64,000 bases of DNA from Gammaproteobacteria bacterium (GCA_024636785.1 JAGXGK010000025.1:83476-147475), one strand, 5' to 3'. Positions 40,557 through 48,740 are shown, counted from the stretch's first letter. Made by a program: numbers and translations. The notes: a model not told the origin generated them from the letters alone.

Positions 40557-41318
40557 TTAAGTATTACGACCATCTTTGGCTTCAAGCTCAGCTCCCCAGG
40601 GTGACAGATGACGTTTTTCACGGGGGTTATCAATCTGATTGCGTGTCGGTGCAAAAAACAGGCCCGGTGCATGCAGCAGCTTGCTGACAGGAAATATGAT
40701 CATCAGGAACAGCACTAACGTCAGGTGTGTCAGCAAAATGAAATCGCCGGGCAGGTTCTGCCAGTCCAAAAAGAACAAACCCAGAATAAAGGCTTTCAAC
40801 TGGATGATGTCAGTGTTTGTGACAAAGCTCATCAACAGGCCGCTGCCGGCGATCAGCGCAATCAAAACCAGCATCAGATAGTCAGACGCAGATGATATGT
40901 AGCGCACACGATCAACGAAGATTCTGCGGCCAAACAGCCCGATCAGTCCGATAACCATGGTGAAGCCGGCATACTTGCCAAAGCTCTGAACCACTTCAAG
41001 GTTAACCAGGGGCCAGAGGAAAGAATCCGGGCTAATCGCATAACGCAGATGGCGGAAGAAAGCGAGTAGCAGGGAAAGGTGGAACATCCAGCCAAAAATC
41101 CAGGTCCATTTGCTGGCGCGGAAAAGGCTGTTGAAAAAAACAACCTCATTGAATAGTCGGTAGACAACGCCGCCGGATGTTAGGGGCGCAGGAGTTACCG
41201 GTATTTTCAGTGGTGCAGGCACACGTTTATATAGCATTATCTTATTGACGATACCGCCAACCAGAATGATCATGGCTACATAGAAAAGCACGACATATAT
41301 AATACTTAAAACAGTCAT
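40557..41318 (-). CDS. dsrM: NarI-like dihaem cytochrome b membrane protein DsrM
   Basis: 253 aa with 5-6 TM helices, positioned before dsrK. Confidence 0.87.
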   Translation of the reverse strand: MTVLSIIYVVLFYVAMIILVGGIVNKIMLYKRVPAPLKIPVTPAPLTSGGVVYRLFNEVVFFNSLFRASKWTWIFGWMFHLSLLLAFFRHLRYAISPDSFLWPLVNLEVVQSFGKYAGFTMVIGLIGLFGRRIFVDRVRYISSASDYLMLVLIALIAGSGLLMSFVTNTDIIQLKAFILGLFFLDWQNLPGDFILLTHLTLVLFLMIIFPVSKLLHAPGLFFAPTRNQIDNPREKRHLSPWGAELEAKDGRNT

Positions 41319-41362
41319 GGTTATTGTGTCTCGCCCTAGTGTTACTGAAAATTAAGAAATCA

Positions 41363-41400
41363 TAAAAAAGCAGGGGGGTAGAAATTTCTGACCCCCTGTT
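41363..41400 (-). terminator. intra-operon terminator/attenuator between dsrC and dsrM
   Basis: The minus strand reads AACAGGGGGTCAGAAATTTCTACCCCCCTGCTTTTTTAT: a GC stem followed by T6, 14 nt after the dsrC stop. Confidence 0.5.
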
Positions 41401-41413
41401 CTCAGGTCAGTGC

Positions 41414-41746
41414 TTATACACAGCCTGTTGGTTTAGGCAGGCCGGCATATTTACACGCCTGTTTGCCTGGACCATAAGGAAACAGTTCGTACAGATACTT
41501 GCTGTTGCCTTTTTCTTTACCCAGACGTTTGCCAACTGCTTTAGTTAGTACACGTACCGCAGGGGCAATCTGGTATTCTTCGTAATATTCACGCAGGAAG
41601 TTGATGATGTCCCAGTGTTCCTGAGTCAGTTCACAATCTTCAGCAGCAGCCATTGCTGTTGCTACTTCTGGTTCCCAATCATTCAAATTAGACAGGTAAC
41701 CTTCTTCATCTGTTTCGTATGTTTTACCGTTTGCTTCAATAGCCAT
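41414..41746 (-). CDS. dsrC: DsrC sulfur-carrier protein (canonical, two C-terminal cysteines)
   Basis: 110 aa, ending ..GKQACKYAGLPKPTGCV. Confidence 0.95.
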   Translation of the reverse strand: MAIEANGKTYETDEEGYLSNLNDWEPEVATAMAAAEDCELTQEHWDIINFLREYYEEYQIAPAVRVLTKAVGKRLGKEKGNSKYLYELFPYGPGKQACKYAGLPKPTGCV

Positions 41747-41789
41747 GATGTTGCTCTCCTCGTTGAGAACGAAAATTAAAAATTAAAAA

Positions 41790-42092
41790 TTACAGCCAAG
41801 CTTGCACAGTGTCGTGCTCGGCAACCAAATCAACAAAGCCCTCGTAATCAACTACCTTGATACCTTCGGCCAGTTTTGCTTCAATTCCACGTGCCTGTGC
41901 GTCAGCACCCAGCACGCAGAAGTTGATGTCACTCGTGTTTTTGATTTTGTCAGCGACACTGTTGCCAGTGGTCGCAGCGTAAACACCGTCTTCAATCAGT
42001 AGTATTGTTGAGCCGCTTTTGGCCAGGCCTAAGCAAGTGTCAAAAGCTTTTGATTCAAACGGAGATTTATTTACTGTGTGTAACATTGTCAT
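41790..42092 (-). CDS. dsrH: DsrH (TusB-like)
   Basis: 100 aa, GGAG RBS, positioned after dsrF. Confidence 0.85.
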   Translation of the reverse strand: MTMLHTVNKSPFESKAFDTCLGLAKSGSTILLIEDGVYAATTGNSVADKIKNTSDINFCVLGADAQARGIEAKLAEGIKVVDYEGFVDLVAEHDTVQAWL

Positions 42093-42103
42093 ATTTATAT
42101 CTC

Positions 42104-42505
42104 CTAGAAGCTCAGTACTACGTCTTGATCATCAAGAACATCGGACAATTCAGATCTGCTTACAAGACGAATTGAATCTTTTTCAGCATAATCTTCATCT
42201 TCGTCTTCCCATACCAGATGCTGAAGATCATCAAGAGTGAGACCACGTTCTTCAAGGGATTCTTTTTCGACATAGATTTTATTTACGTCGTAGTCACCCA
42301 GAGCCATGTAAACAGGAGAAAAGCTCTTCTGTCCAATGCCTTTGGTATTTTGCCCCTTGGTTAACTGGTAAACACCGTCGCCGATGAAGGCGAGGCTTAC
42401 GTCCTGATCAAAAGCAGCACCAATCAGTACTACTTCCAACGATTCCAGAGCGTAAATAGTGCCATACGGTGCTTTACGGTTGATATACATGAATTTTTTA
42501 GCCAT
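42104..42505 (-). CDS. dsrF: DsrF (TusC-like)
   Basis: 133 aa, DsrE/F-fold pattern, correct position in the operon. Confidence 0.87.
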   Translation of the reverse strand: MAKKFMYINRKAPYGTIYALESLEVVLIGAAFDQDVSLAFIGDGVYQLTKGQNTKGIGQKSFSPVYMALGDYDVNKIYVEKESLEERGLTLDDLQHLVWEDEDEDYAEKDSIRLVSRSELSDVLDDQDVVLSF

Positions 42506-42516
42506 TGTATTTCCCC

Positions 42517-42909
42517 TTATGCACCGAATACGATCAGACGGTCAGCTTCGATTCCGGCTTCGATCAACTGACCCAAGCCGGATATACGAAAACCTTCCGC
42601 AATGTTGTTAGCATCTTTGCCCTGACGTTTCATTTCGTCTTCGTCAATCATACCGCGGCGTTGTGCTGCGGCGATACATACAACCAGATCAAGATTATGT
42701 TCTTTTTGTAACTTGCTCCACTTTTCGTAGAGGTTACGGTCATCCTGTGGCGGAATTGCGAGACGAGTCGCATTATTCACGCCATCATGATAGAAGAACA
42801 CTCGGTAAATTTCGTGACCCCTGGCCAGCGCAGCTTTAGTGAACTGAATTGCACTATCGGCTGCCTGATGCTGGTATGGGCCTTCATTAATTTGAAGCGC
42901 TATTTTCAC
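42517..42909 (-). CDS. dsrE: DsrE (TusD-like sulfurtransferase)
   Basis: 130 aa with the conserved Cys in LVVCIAAAQRRG. Confidence 0.9.
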   Translation of the reverse strand: MKIALQINEGPYQHQAADSAIQFTKAALARGHEIYRVFFYHDGVNNATRLAIPPQDDRNLYEKWSKLQKEHNLDLVVCIAAAQRRGMIDEDEMKRQGKDANNIAEGFRISGLGQLIEAGIEADRLIVFGA

Positions 42910-42918
42910 AGAAACTCC

Positions 42919-43995
42919 TTAGAAACGAATATGGGTTGATGCGTTCAAGCTGTTACGGGCACCACGCCAGTTATCGATGTGGTACTTGGTGAACGGCAGA
43001 CCTGTTTTTTCGAAGAAACGGGGCCAGCCAATACGCTCAATCCAGTCGTTCATGCGTTCCCAGTCTTTGGCATCCGCCTTGTAAGCTTTAAGAATCTGCT
43101 TAACAACAGCAGTTGCTTCAGGCCAGCGCGGCGGGTTGTTAGGAATGCCGGCAGCAACCAGTTTCTGGAAAGTAGGTTTGCTACGTGCATTGGAGTGATT
43201 ACCACCTACCCATACCGCTAATTTAGAATGCTCTGCATCGTTGATCTGCATGGGAGGACAAGGAGGGAAACAGGCACCACAACAGATGCATTTCTTCTCA
43301 TCAACTTCCAGGGTAGGTTTGCCGTTAACCATAGCAGGACGAATCGCTGCAACCGGGCAACGTGCAACAACGGTTGGACGTTCACAAACATTAGACACGA
43401 GGTCATGATTGATTTTAGGTGGCTTGGTGTGCTGGATGTTAATCGCAATATCACCCTGGCCGCCGCAGTTAATCTGACAGCAGGAAGTCGTGATGTGCAC
43501 GCGGTTAGGCATGTCAGCATTACGGAACTCGTCGATCAGCTCATCCATCATTGACTTCACAACACCGGAAGCATCTGTACCGGGGATGTCGCAATGCAAC
43601 CAGCCCTGAGTATGAGACATCATGGCGACTGAGTTCTGCGTACCACCAACGATGAAGCCCGCATCAGTAATGGCTTTGATCAGAGGCTCAACTTTAGACG
43701 CATCTGAAACCATATATTCGACGTTACTACGGATAGTAAAGTGAATGTAGCCATCAGCGAATTCATCGCCAATGTCACAAATTTTGCGTAAAGAGAAGAC
43801 ATCCAGAATACGCTGTGTACCTACACGTACAGTCCAGATTTCGTCGCCACTGTAAGCTACGTGACGTAGTACGCCTGGCTTGGGGTGCTCATGATATTTC
43901 CATGCGCCATAGTTTTTGCGCATAACAGGGTGCATGTACTGAAACGCGTCAGGACAGCCGGATTCAATCGGTGAACGAGGTTTATCACTACTCAT
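42919..43995 (-). CDS. dsrB: dissimilatory sulfite reductase beta subunit (reverse/oxidative type by context)
   Basis: 358 aa. Siroheme/[4Fe-4S] cysteine motifs, ferredoxin-like insert CICCGACFPPCP, GAGGAAG RBS. Confidence 0.95.
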   Translation of the reverse strand: MSSDKPRSPIESGCPDAFQYMHPVMRKNYGAWKYHEHPKPGVLRHVAYSGDEIWTVRVGTQRILDVFSLRKICDIGDEFADGYIHFTIRSNVEYMVSDASKVEPLIKAITDAGFIVGGTQNSVAMMSHTQGWLHCDIPGTDASGVVKSMMDELIDEFRNADMPNRVHITTSCCQINCGGQGDIAINIQHTKPPKINHDLVSNVCERPTVVARCPVAAIRPAMVNGKPTLEVDEKKCICCGACFPPCPPMQINDAEHSKLAVWVGGNHSNARSKPTFQKLVAAGIPNNPPRWPEATAVVKQILKAYKADAKDWERMNDWIERIGWPRFFEKTGLPFTKYHIDNWRGARNSLNASTHIRF

Positions 43996-44034
43996 GGTTC
44001 TTCCTCAAATATTTTCTAATATGTTATTTAAGAA

Positions 44035-44051
44035 GGGGGGATTAACCCCCC
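44035..44051 (-). other. G6-ATTAA-C6 stem-loop in the dsrA-dsrB spacer
   Basis: GGGGGGATTAACCCCCC. No following T-tract, so probably an mRNA structure rather than a terminator. Confidence 0.4.
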
Positions 44052-44075
44052 TCCGCGTTATTTTTTCCGCTTAAA

Positions 44076-45338
44076 TTAAGCGTTGGCAGCTTCTTGCTTA
44101 CGCTCAAACCATTTGATCGCTTCATCATCCCAGCCATCCATACGAACATATGAACTTTGACGTGGATTGCTGACCATGTTGGGATCAACTTCCAGATCGA
44201 AGTCAACGCCTTCAAGGAAGTTAACCAGACCGATACGCTCGATCATTTCACCGCAACGTTCATGTTCAAGACCGTTTTCAGCCCAGAAGTCGATGATTTC
44301 TTCAGCCATTTCGATCAGGCTTTCGTAATCTTCTTCTGTCTCCAGCTTCTTGAATGGAACCACAACGGTGCCCATCATGTCGCCGATCTTCAGAGTACGT
44401 TTACCACCAATCAGAATGGTCACACCCTTGTCATCACCGGGGTGCAATGCTTTAGGTAAAACGTTCAGGCAATGCATGCAACGAACACAGTTATGATTGT
44501 CAACAGTCAGAGTGTCGTCGTCGTTCAGAACCAGTGCATTAGTCGGGCAACGGGTAATAACATTGTCGTTAATGTACTGGCGGCCTTTGGTGCCTACATA
44601 AGCTTTAATCGCTTCCTGATCGACTTTCATTTCGTCGCGCCAGGTGCCGATAATGGCCATGTCGGAACGTTCAATCGCATTCTGGCAGTCGTTAGGGCAA
44701 CCTGAAACCTTAAATTTGAATTTGTATGGCAGCGCGGGGCGATGCACGTCATCTGTGAAGTTATTGACCAGGTGACGGTGAATGCCGTGTTCGTTGCAGT
44801 TGGACATCTCGCAACGTGCAGCACCCACACAGGACATCGCAGTACGTACACAGGGACCCGCACCACCCAGATCCCAGCCATATTCATTGATATCGTCAAA
44901 GAATGCCTGAGTGCCGACAGTATCGGTACCGATAAACATAATGTTGCCGGTCTGACCGTGGAAAGTTTGCAGGCCTGAACCGTATTTTTCCCAGCTGTCG
45001 CCCAATTGACGCAGCATGGCAGTGGTGTAGTGGTTGCCGGCAGGGGGCTGAACACGAATGGTGTGGAACTCTTTAGATTCAGGGAATGCGGAAGCTACTT
45101 CTGAGAAGCGGGGAATAATACCGCCGCCATAACCATATACTGAGACAGTGCCGCCTTTCCAGTAACCCTTACGTGTTTCATAAGAGTGCTCAAGCTGGCC
45201 GAGCAGGCTGCTGGTTACATTCTGGATGCGCTCATCGGGATGCTCATCACGAAGTCTCTTGATACCAGAAATAAAACTGGGCCATGGTCCTTCTTCAAGG
45301 ACGTCCAGCATCGGTGTTTCGTATATCTTTTTGGCCAT
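44076..45338 (-). CDS. dsrA: dissimilatory sulfite reductase alpha subunit
   Basis: Started at MAKKIYETPMLDVLEEGPWPSF (AGGAGA RBS); the ORF track starts 30 codons earlier. Ferredoxin-like segment CPTNAL...CVRCMHCLNV. Confidence 0.95.
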   Translation of the reverse strand: MAKKIYETPMLDVLEEGPWPSFISGIKRLRDEHPDERIQNVTSSLLGQLEHSYETRKGYWKGGTVSVYGYGGGIIPRFSEVASAFPESKEFHTIRVQPPAGNHYTTAMLRQLGDSWEKYGSGLQTFHGQTGNIMFIGTDTVGTQAFFDDINEYGWDLGGAGPCVRTAMSCVGAARCEMSNCNEHGIHRHLVNNFTDDVHRPALPYKFKFKVSGCPNDCQNAIERSDMAIIGTWRDEMKVDQEAIKAYVGTKGRQYINDNVITRCPTNALVLNDDDTLTVDNHNCVRCMHCLNVLPKALHPGDDKGVTILIGGKRTLKIGDMMGTVVVPFKKLETEEDYESLIEMAEEIIDFWAENGLEHERCGEMIERIGLVNFLEGVDFDLEVDPNMVSNPRQSSYVRMDGWDDEAIKWFERKQEAANA

Positions 45339-45415
45339 GGATTGTCTCCTGTTGTACCGTCGTTGTCGCGATCTTATGATCGAAACATTGTATTTTGGTT
45401 GAAATCGGGAAGCTG

Positions 45416-45444
45416 ATTGTATTCCCAAATCAAAATGTTCTCAA
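45416..45444 (-). promoter_or_regulatory. candidate sigma70 promoter for dsrA (TTGAGA-17 nt-TACAAT on the minus strand)
   Basis: Read on the minus strand: TTGAGA ACATTTTGATTTGGGAA TACAAT, about 75 nt upstream of the dsrA ATG. Confidence 0.3.
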
Positions 45445-45825
45445 CATCCCAAAGGGACTATGTCTTGCAACAATAATCCTGAGAGGAAATCTGTGAACAA
45501 ATTCTAGAGTGAGCAGGGTCTGTGGAGAACCCTACCCTTGGGGGGGGAGGGGTATCCGGTTTTACCCCAAAAGAGATACAGCTTTATCTTTTTACAGCCT
45601 GGTATGGGCTCTGGTTAAAATCGAAGTGCACTGTTTTTTTTCAGCCGGTTTTTATCGCGCCTGTGCGCTTGCCAGTAAAAGAGGTGGTATATCTATGGCC
45701 TCTATATTAATGTGTTAATTGCATGGAGCAAGGTCTTTGCCTGGCAGCTTCTCCTTAAGTGATATTGTTTTTTTGAACCAATGCCCCCATCCTAAGTCAT
45801 TAATTTCCTGAAATCTATGTAGCGT

Positions 45826-46761
45826 ATGCTCAATTTCAATAGCCACTACTTTCCCGCTCATCATCAGGATCGCACCCGCGTGTTCGATCTCTCGCGCAGT
45901 CGTGACTATGAGCTATGGCGCAATGCAAAGCTGGCCCTGCTGCCTGTTGATGTCGAAGCATTGAAAGTCAAGATAATGAACCCATATACACTGCATGAAA
46001 ATGAGATAATGGCAATCACACAACGTTGCGCTGCCTATGGTGTGGTCATTTATCAACTGCATGAGCCGCCGCATAACGACAAAAGCTGGCTGCCTGAGTT
46101 TGGGCGACAGCTGGGACTGGTGTCGCTGGATGATAATTTGCGCTCTGATGAAGACAGCGTCAGCAGCCTGCAGGTGCAATCGCAACAGGGGAATCAGTAT
46201 ATTCCCTACACCAACAGACCGCTGAGCTGGCATACTGACGGCTATTACAATGCGCCGGAGAAACAGATTCGAACTATCGTCATGCACTGTGCCAGCCCGG
46301 CGGCGAGCGGTGGCGTGAATAGTCTGCTGGATCATGAACAGCTGTATATCGCCCTGCGCGATCGCAATCCGGCCTGGATCGAAGCCCTGATGCACCCTCA
46401 GGCGATGACCATTCCTGCCAATGTCGAAGCCGGTGTTGAAATTCGGGAAGCCAGAACCGGTCCGGTGTTTTCCGTCGATAAAGCCTCGGGAAATCTGCAC
46501 ATGCGCTATTCGGCGCGCAAACGAAATATTGAATGGCGCGATGACGTCCCGACCCGTGAAGCGGTCGAATTCATCAGCGAAAAACTGGCCGATGAAGCCA
46601 TCGCGCTTAAATACCGGCTGGACGCCGGGCAGGGCATTATCTGCAACAACATACTGCACAATCGCAGTGGTTTTGAAGACAGTGACCGGCAGCAGCGCCT
46701 GATGTATCGGGCAAGGTATTATGAACAGCTTGTCGGGCTGAACCCCGCGCAAAACGCATAA
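45826..46761 (+). CDS. TauD/TfdA-family Fe(II)/2-oxoglutarate dioxygenase-like protein
   Basis: 311 aa. SWHTDGYY (HxD), a distal His in ILHNRSG, and an Arg-rich C-terminal part. Confidence 0.75.
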   Translation: MLNFNSHYFPAHHQDRTRVFDLSRSRDYELWRNAKLALLPVDVEALKVKIMNPYTLHENEIMAITQRCAAYGVVIYQLHEPPHNDKSWLPEFGRQLGLVSLDDNLRSDEDSVSSLQVQSQQGNQYIPYTNRPLSWHTDGYYNAPEKQIRTIVMHCASPAASGGVNSLLDHEQLYIALRDRNPAWIEALMHPQAMTIPANVEAGVEIREARTGPVFSVDKASGNLHMRYSARKRNIEWRDDVPTREAVEFISEKLADEAIALKYRLDAGQGIICNNILHNRSGFEDSDRQQRLMYRARYYEQLVGLNPAQNA

Positions 46762-46779
46762 AAATGAGGAGTATATAGA

Positions 46780-46971
46780 ATGCTTTGGTTAAGTGAAGTG
46801 ATGTTACAGGGGCAGGAGCTGGCGAGCTTCGAAGACCTGAAAAAAGAGCTGGGCAAAAGAGCCAAACAGGGCGAACTGTTTTTTCAAATGGACGTGAAAC
46901 CCCCGTACCCCGACACCCCCAACGACTGGCAGGACAAGCTGGAAGCGGCTTTTACCGCCCGGCAGGAGTAG
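46780..46971 (+). CDS. 63-aa hypothetical protein
   Basis: GAGGAG RBS 8 nt upstream. Sits between its two neighbours with gaps of 18 and 9 nt. Confidence 0.5.
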   Translation: MLWLSEVMLQGQELASFEDLKKELGKRAKQGELFFQMDVKPPYPDTPNDWQDKLEAAFTARQE

Positions 46972-46980
46972 AATTTAATC

Positions 46981-47682
46981 ATGCTGTGGGAAGACGAAAA
47001 CAAAGTAACCGAATTTGTACCGCCGGAGAACGTGATTGATCTGTCATTCAAAATCAATTGCAAACAGCTGCCGACCATGCACGCCTGGGAACTATCTCAG
47101 GCGTTGTACGAAATATTGCCCTGGTTAGCCGAAGAGCCGGAGGCCGGTATTCATCAGATACACGGTGCCACCACTGGTAACGGCTGGGAGCGCCCCTCGG
47201 ATGATGAATTCATGTACCTCTCGCGACGCACCCGGATGAATCTGAGAGTGCCAAAAACCCGGGTCGAAGCAACGCTCTCGCTGGTAGGAAAAAAAATAGA
47301 CATTGCCGGGCACGAGCTACAAATCGGCGAAGCCATTGAAAAGCCCCTGAACCCTCTGGGCACGTTATTCTCGCGTTACGTTGTTGTGCCTGACGGTCTG
47401 GATGAAGAGGGATTTCTGCAATGGGTGATCGAAGCGATGGCACAACGCGACATCCATCTGCGAAAAATGCTGTGCGGCATCAGTCACGCCATCCATACCC
47501 CCGATAACGCACTCGAAACCCGCAGCCTGATGATCGCCGACCTCGACAAACAGACCTCCATCGCCTTGCAGGAGCAGGGCATAGGCGAACACCGCCACCT
47601 CGGCTGCGGCATTTTAATGCCGCACAAAGGCATCAAAGCCGTGGGTGAAAGCGAAGAAAAGACACATTTTTCAGGAACCTAG
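46981..47682 (+). CDS. Cas6/Cmx6-like RAMP-superfamily protein (orphan, no CRISPR context)
   Basis: 233 aa. The C-terminal glycine-rich loop GIGEHRHLGCG matches G-h-G-x5-G-h-G exactly. Size and pattern resemble the Cas6/Cmx6 (I-MYXAN) family from memory. Confidence 0.65.
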   Translation: MLWEDENKVTEFVPPENVIDLSFKINCKQLPTMHAWELSQALYEILPWLAEEPEAGIHQIHGATTGNGWERPSDDEFMYLSRRTRMNLRVPKTRVEATLSLVGKKIDIAGHELQIGEAIEKPLNPLGTLFSRYVVVPDGLDEEGFLQWVIEAMAQRDIHLRKMLCGISHAIHTPDNALETRSLMIADLDKQTSIALQEQGIGEHRHLGCGILMPHKGIKAVGESEEKTHFSGT

Positions 47683-47844
47683 GAGGCTGTCGGGTTTAGG
47701 GGGGATTGAAGCGAGGGAGTGGGAGAGTGAGCACACTATTCCCGATTTTGAGGCGCATAGTTATTCTACGCAACGAAAAATTGGGGAGATTTGGGCCGCT
47801 CTCCCACTTCCGCAGCCAATTCATCCTAAATCCGACAGCCTCCT
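47681..47844 (+). mobile_element. 164-bp palindromic MITE-like element, copy 2
   Basis: AGGAGGCTGTCGGGTT...AATCCGACAGCCTCCT. Reverse-complement homologue of 11648-11811. Its first bases overlap the TAG stop of the Cas6-like gene. Confidence 0.8.
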
Positions 47845-47963
47845 AGAGCAATTAAATTGGCTAATATCCCTTTTGAGTAGGTGGAAACCCTGATTCATCT
47901 GATTTAATATTCGGCCACAAATTTTACAACTTCATTAAAAGCAAGATAAAAGGTGAGAAAACT

Positions 47964-48284
47964 ATGGCACTTGAATCAATTGAAAGGACGGAAAATGGCT
48001 ATTTGGTCAATAGCAACGACTGGAATGAAGAAATCGCGGCGGAAATCTTCGCTGAAGAAGGCATTGAACCTACCCAGGATCAATGGGATGTTATTCACTA
48101 TGTACGTGAAGAAACATTGTCCGGTAATGAGCCTAATGAGCGTGGTATCATGAAAGCGATGGGTAAAAAATGGGGTCGTAAGCTTTCTTCCAAAGAAATG
48201 TACGAAATGTTCCCCGGTATGCCTTCAAAACAGGGCCTGAAAATCGGCGGCTGTCCACAGAGCACACGTAAAGGCGGTTATTAA
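47964..48284 (+). CDS. TusE/DsrC-family protein with a non-canonical C-terminus
   Basis: 106 aa. DsrC-like core NGYLVNSNDWNEEIA..DQWDVIHYVRE..., but it ends ..SKQGLKIGGCPQSTRKGGY. Confidence 0.85.
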   Translation: MALESIERTENGYLVNSNDWNEEIAAEIFAEEGIEPTQDQWDVIHYVREETLSGNEPNERGIMKAMGKKWGRKLSSKEMYEMFPGMPSKQGLKIGGCPQSTRKGGY

Positions 48285-48394
48285 TCCATCTTACCCTTAT
48301 GGGGTATAGGGGTCGTTTTCTGGTCAATGCTAGAATCTGACACCTGATTTTAAGAAGACGGGCATCAGCCGGTCATCAACAAAGGTATAAAACT

Positions 48395-48598
48395 ATGAGC
48401 GCGAAAACAGACAAAATCAAAGAAATGCTGGAAATGCAGAAGAAATTTACGGCAAAAGAGCATGCTTCCGGTGTTACCCAGGAAGAATACTACACCCCTG
48501 AAGCCGGTTCTGAACTGGACGGCTACCGTCAAAAATACCGCGATCTGGCCATGGAAGTGATTGATCTTGCTCATAAAGAAGCAGGTTCAGAACGCTAG
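48395..48598 (+). CDS. 67-aa hypothetical protein
   Basis: ORF followed by a strong terminator; the RBS is weak. Confidence 0.4.
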   Translation: MSAKTDKIKEMLEMQKKFTAKEHASGVTQEEYYTPEAGSELDGYRQKYRDLAMEVIDLAHKEAGSER

Positions 48599-48638
48599 AT
48601 GTTGGAGCTGAAGCTCCGCTTCAGCACCGGCTAAAACG

Positions 48639-48678
48639 AAAAAACCGTACCCGGTTTGAAACCGGGTACGGTTTTTTT
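48639..48678. terminator. bidirectional rho-independent terminator
   Basis: A6-CCGTACCCGGT TTGAA ACCGGGTACGG-T7, between convergent genes. Confidence 0.75.
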
Positions 48679-48740
48679 GTGCCTGCGAAAGTCAAATCGT
48701 TGGCTTTTTTGGCGTTTTTCGCGGACAAGTATTTGTTCTT

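Noticed and set aside
45540-45552. G8-A-G4 homopolymeric tract in the dsrA/TauD-like divergent intergenic region, as a possible phase-variation or G-quadruplex site
   Set aside because: It is not within a coding sequence and not between the -35 and -10 boxes I could identify. There are too few G-runs for a stable quadruplex. I have no evidence for a function.
45913-46752. 279-aa ORF on the minus strand, opposite the TauD-like gene
   Set aside because: It is entirely antisense to a gene with clear family motifs. Its product is Arg/Gly/Ile-rich with no motif. It is a typical shadow ORF. The same reasoning applies to 48890..49450(+), 53927..54397(-), 55099..55593(-), 62084..62599(+) and 63391..63831(-).
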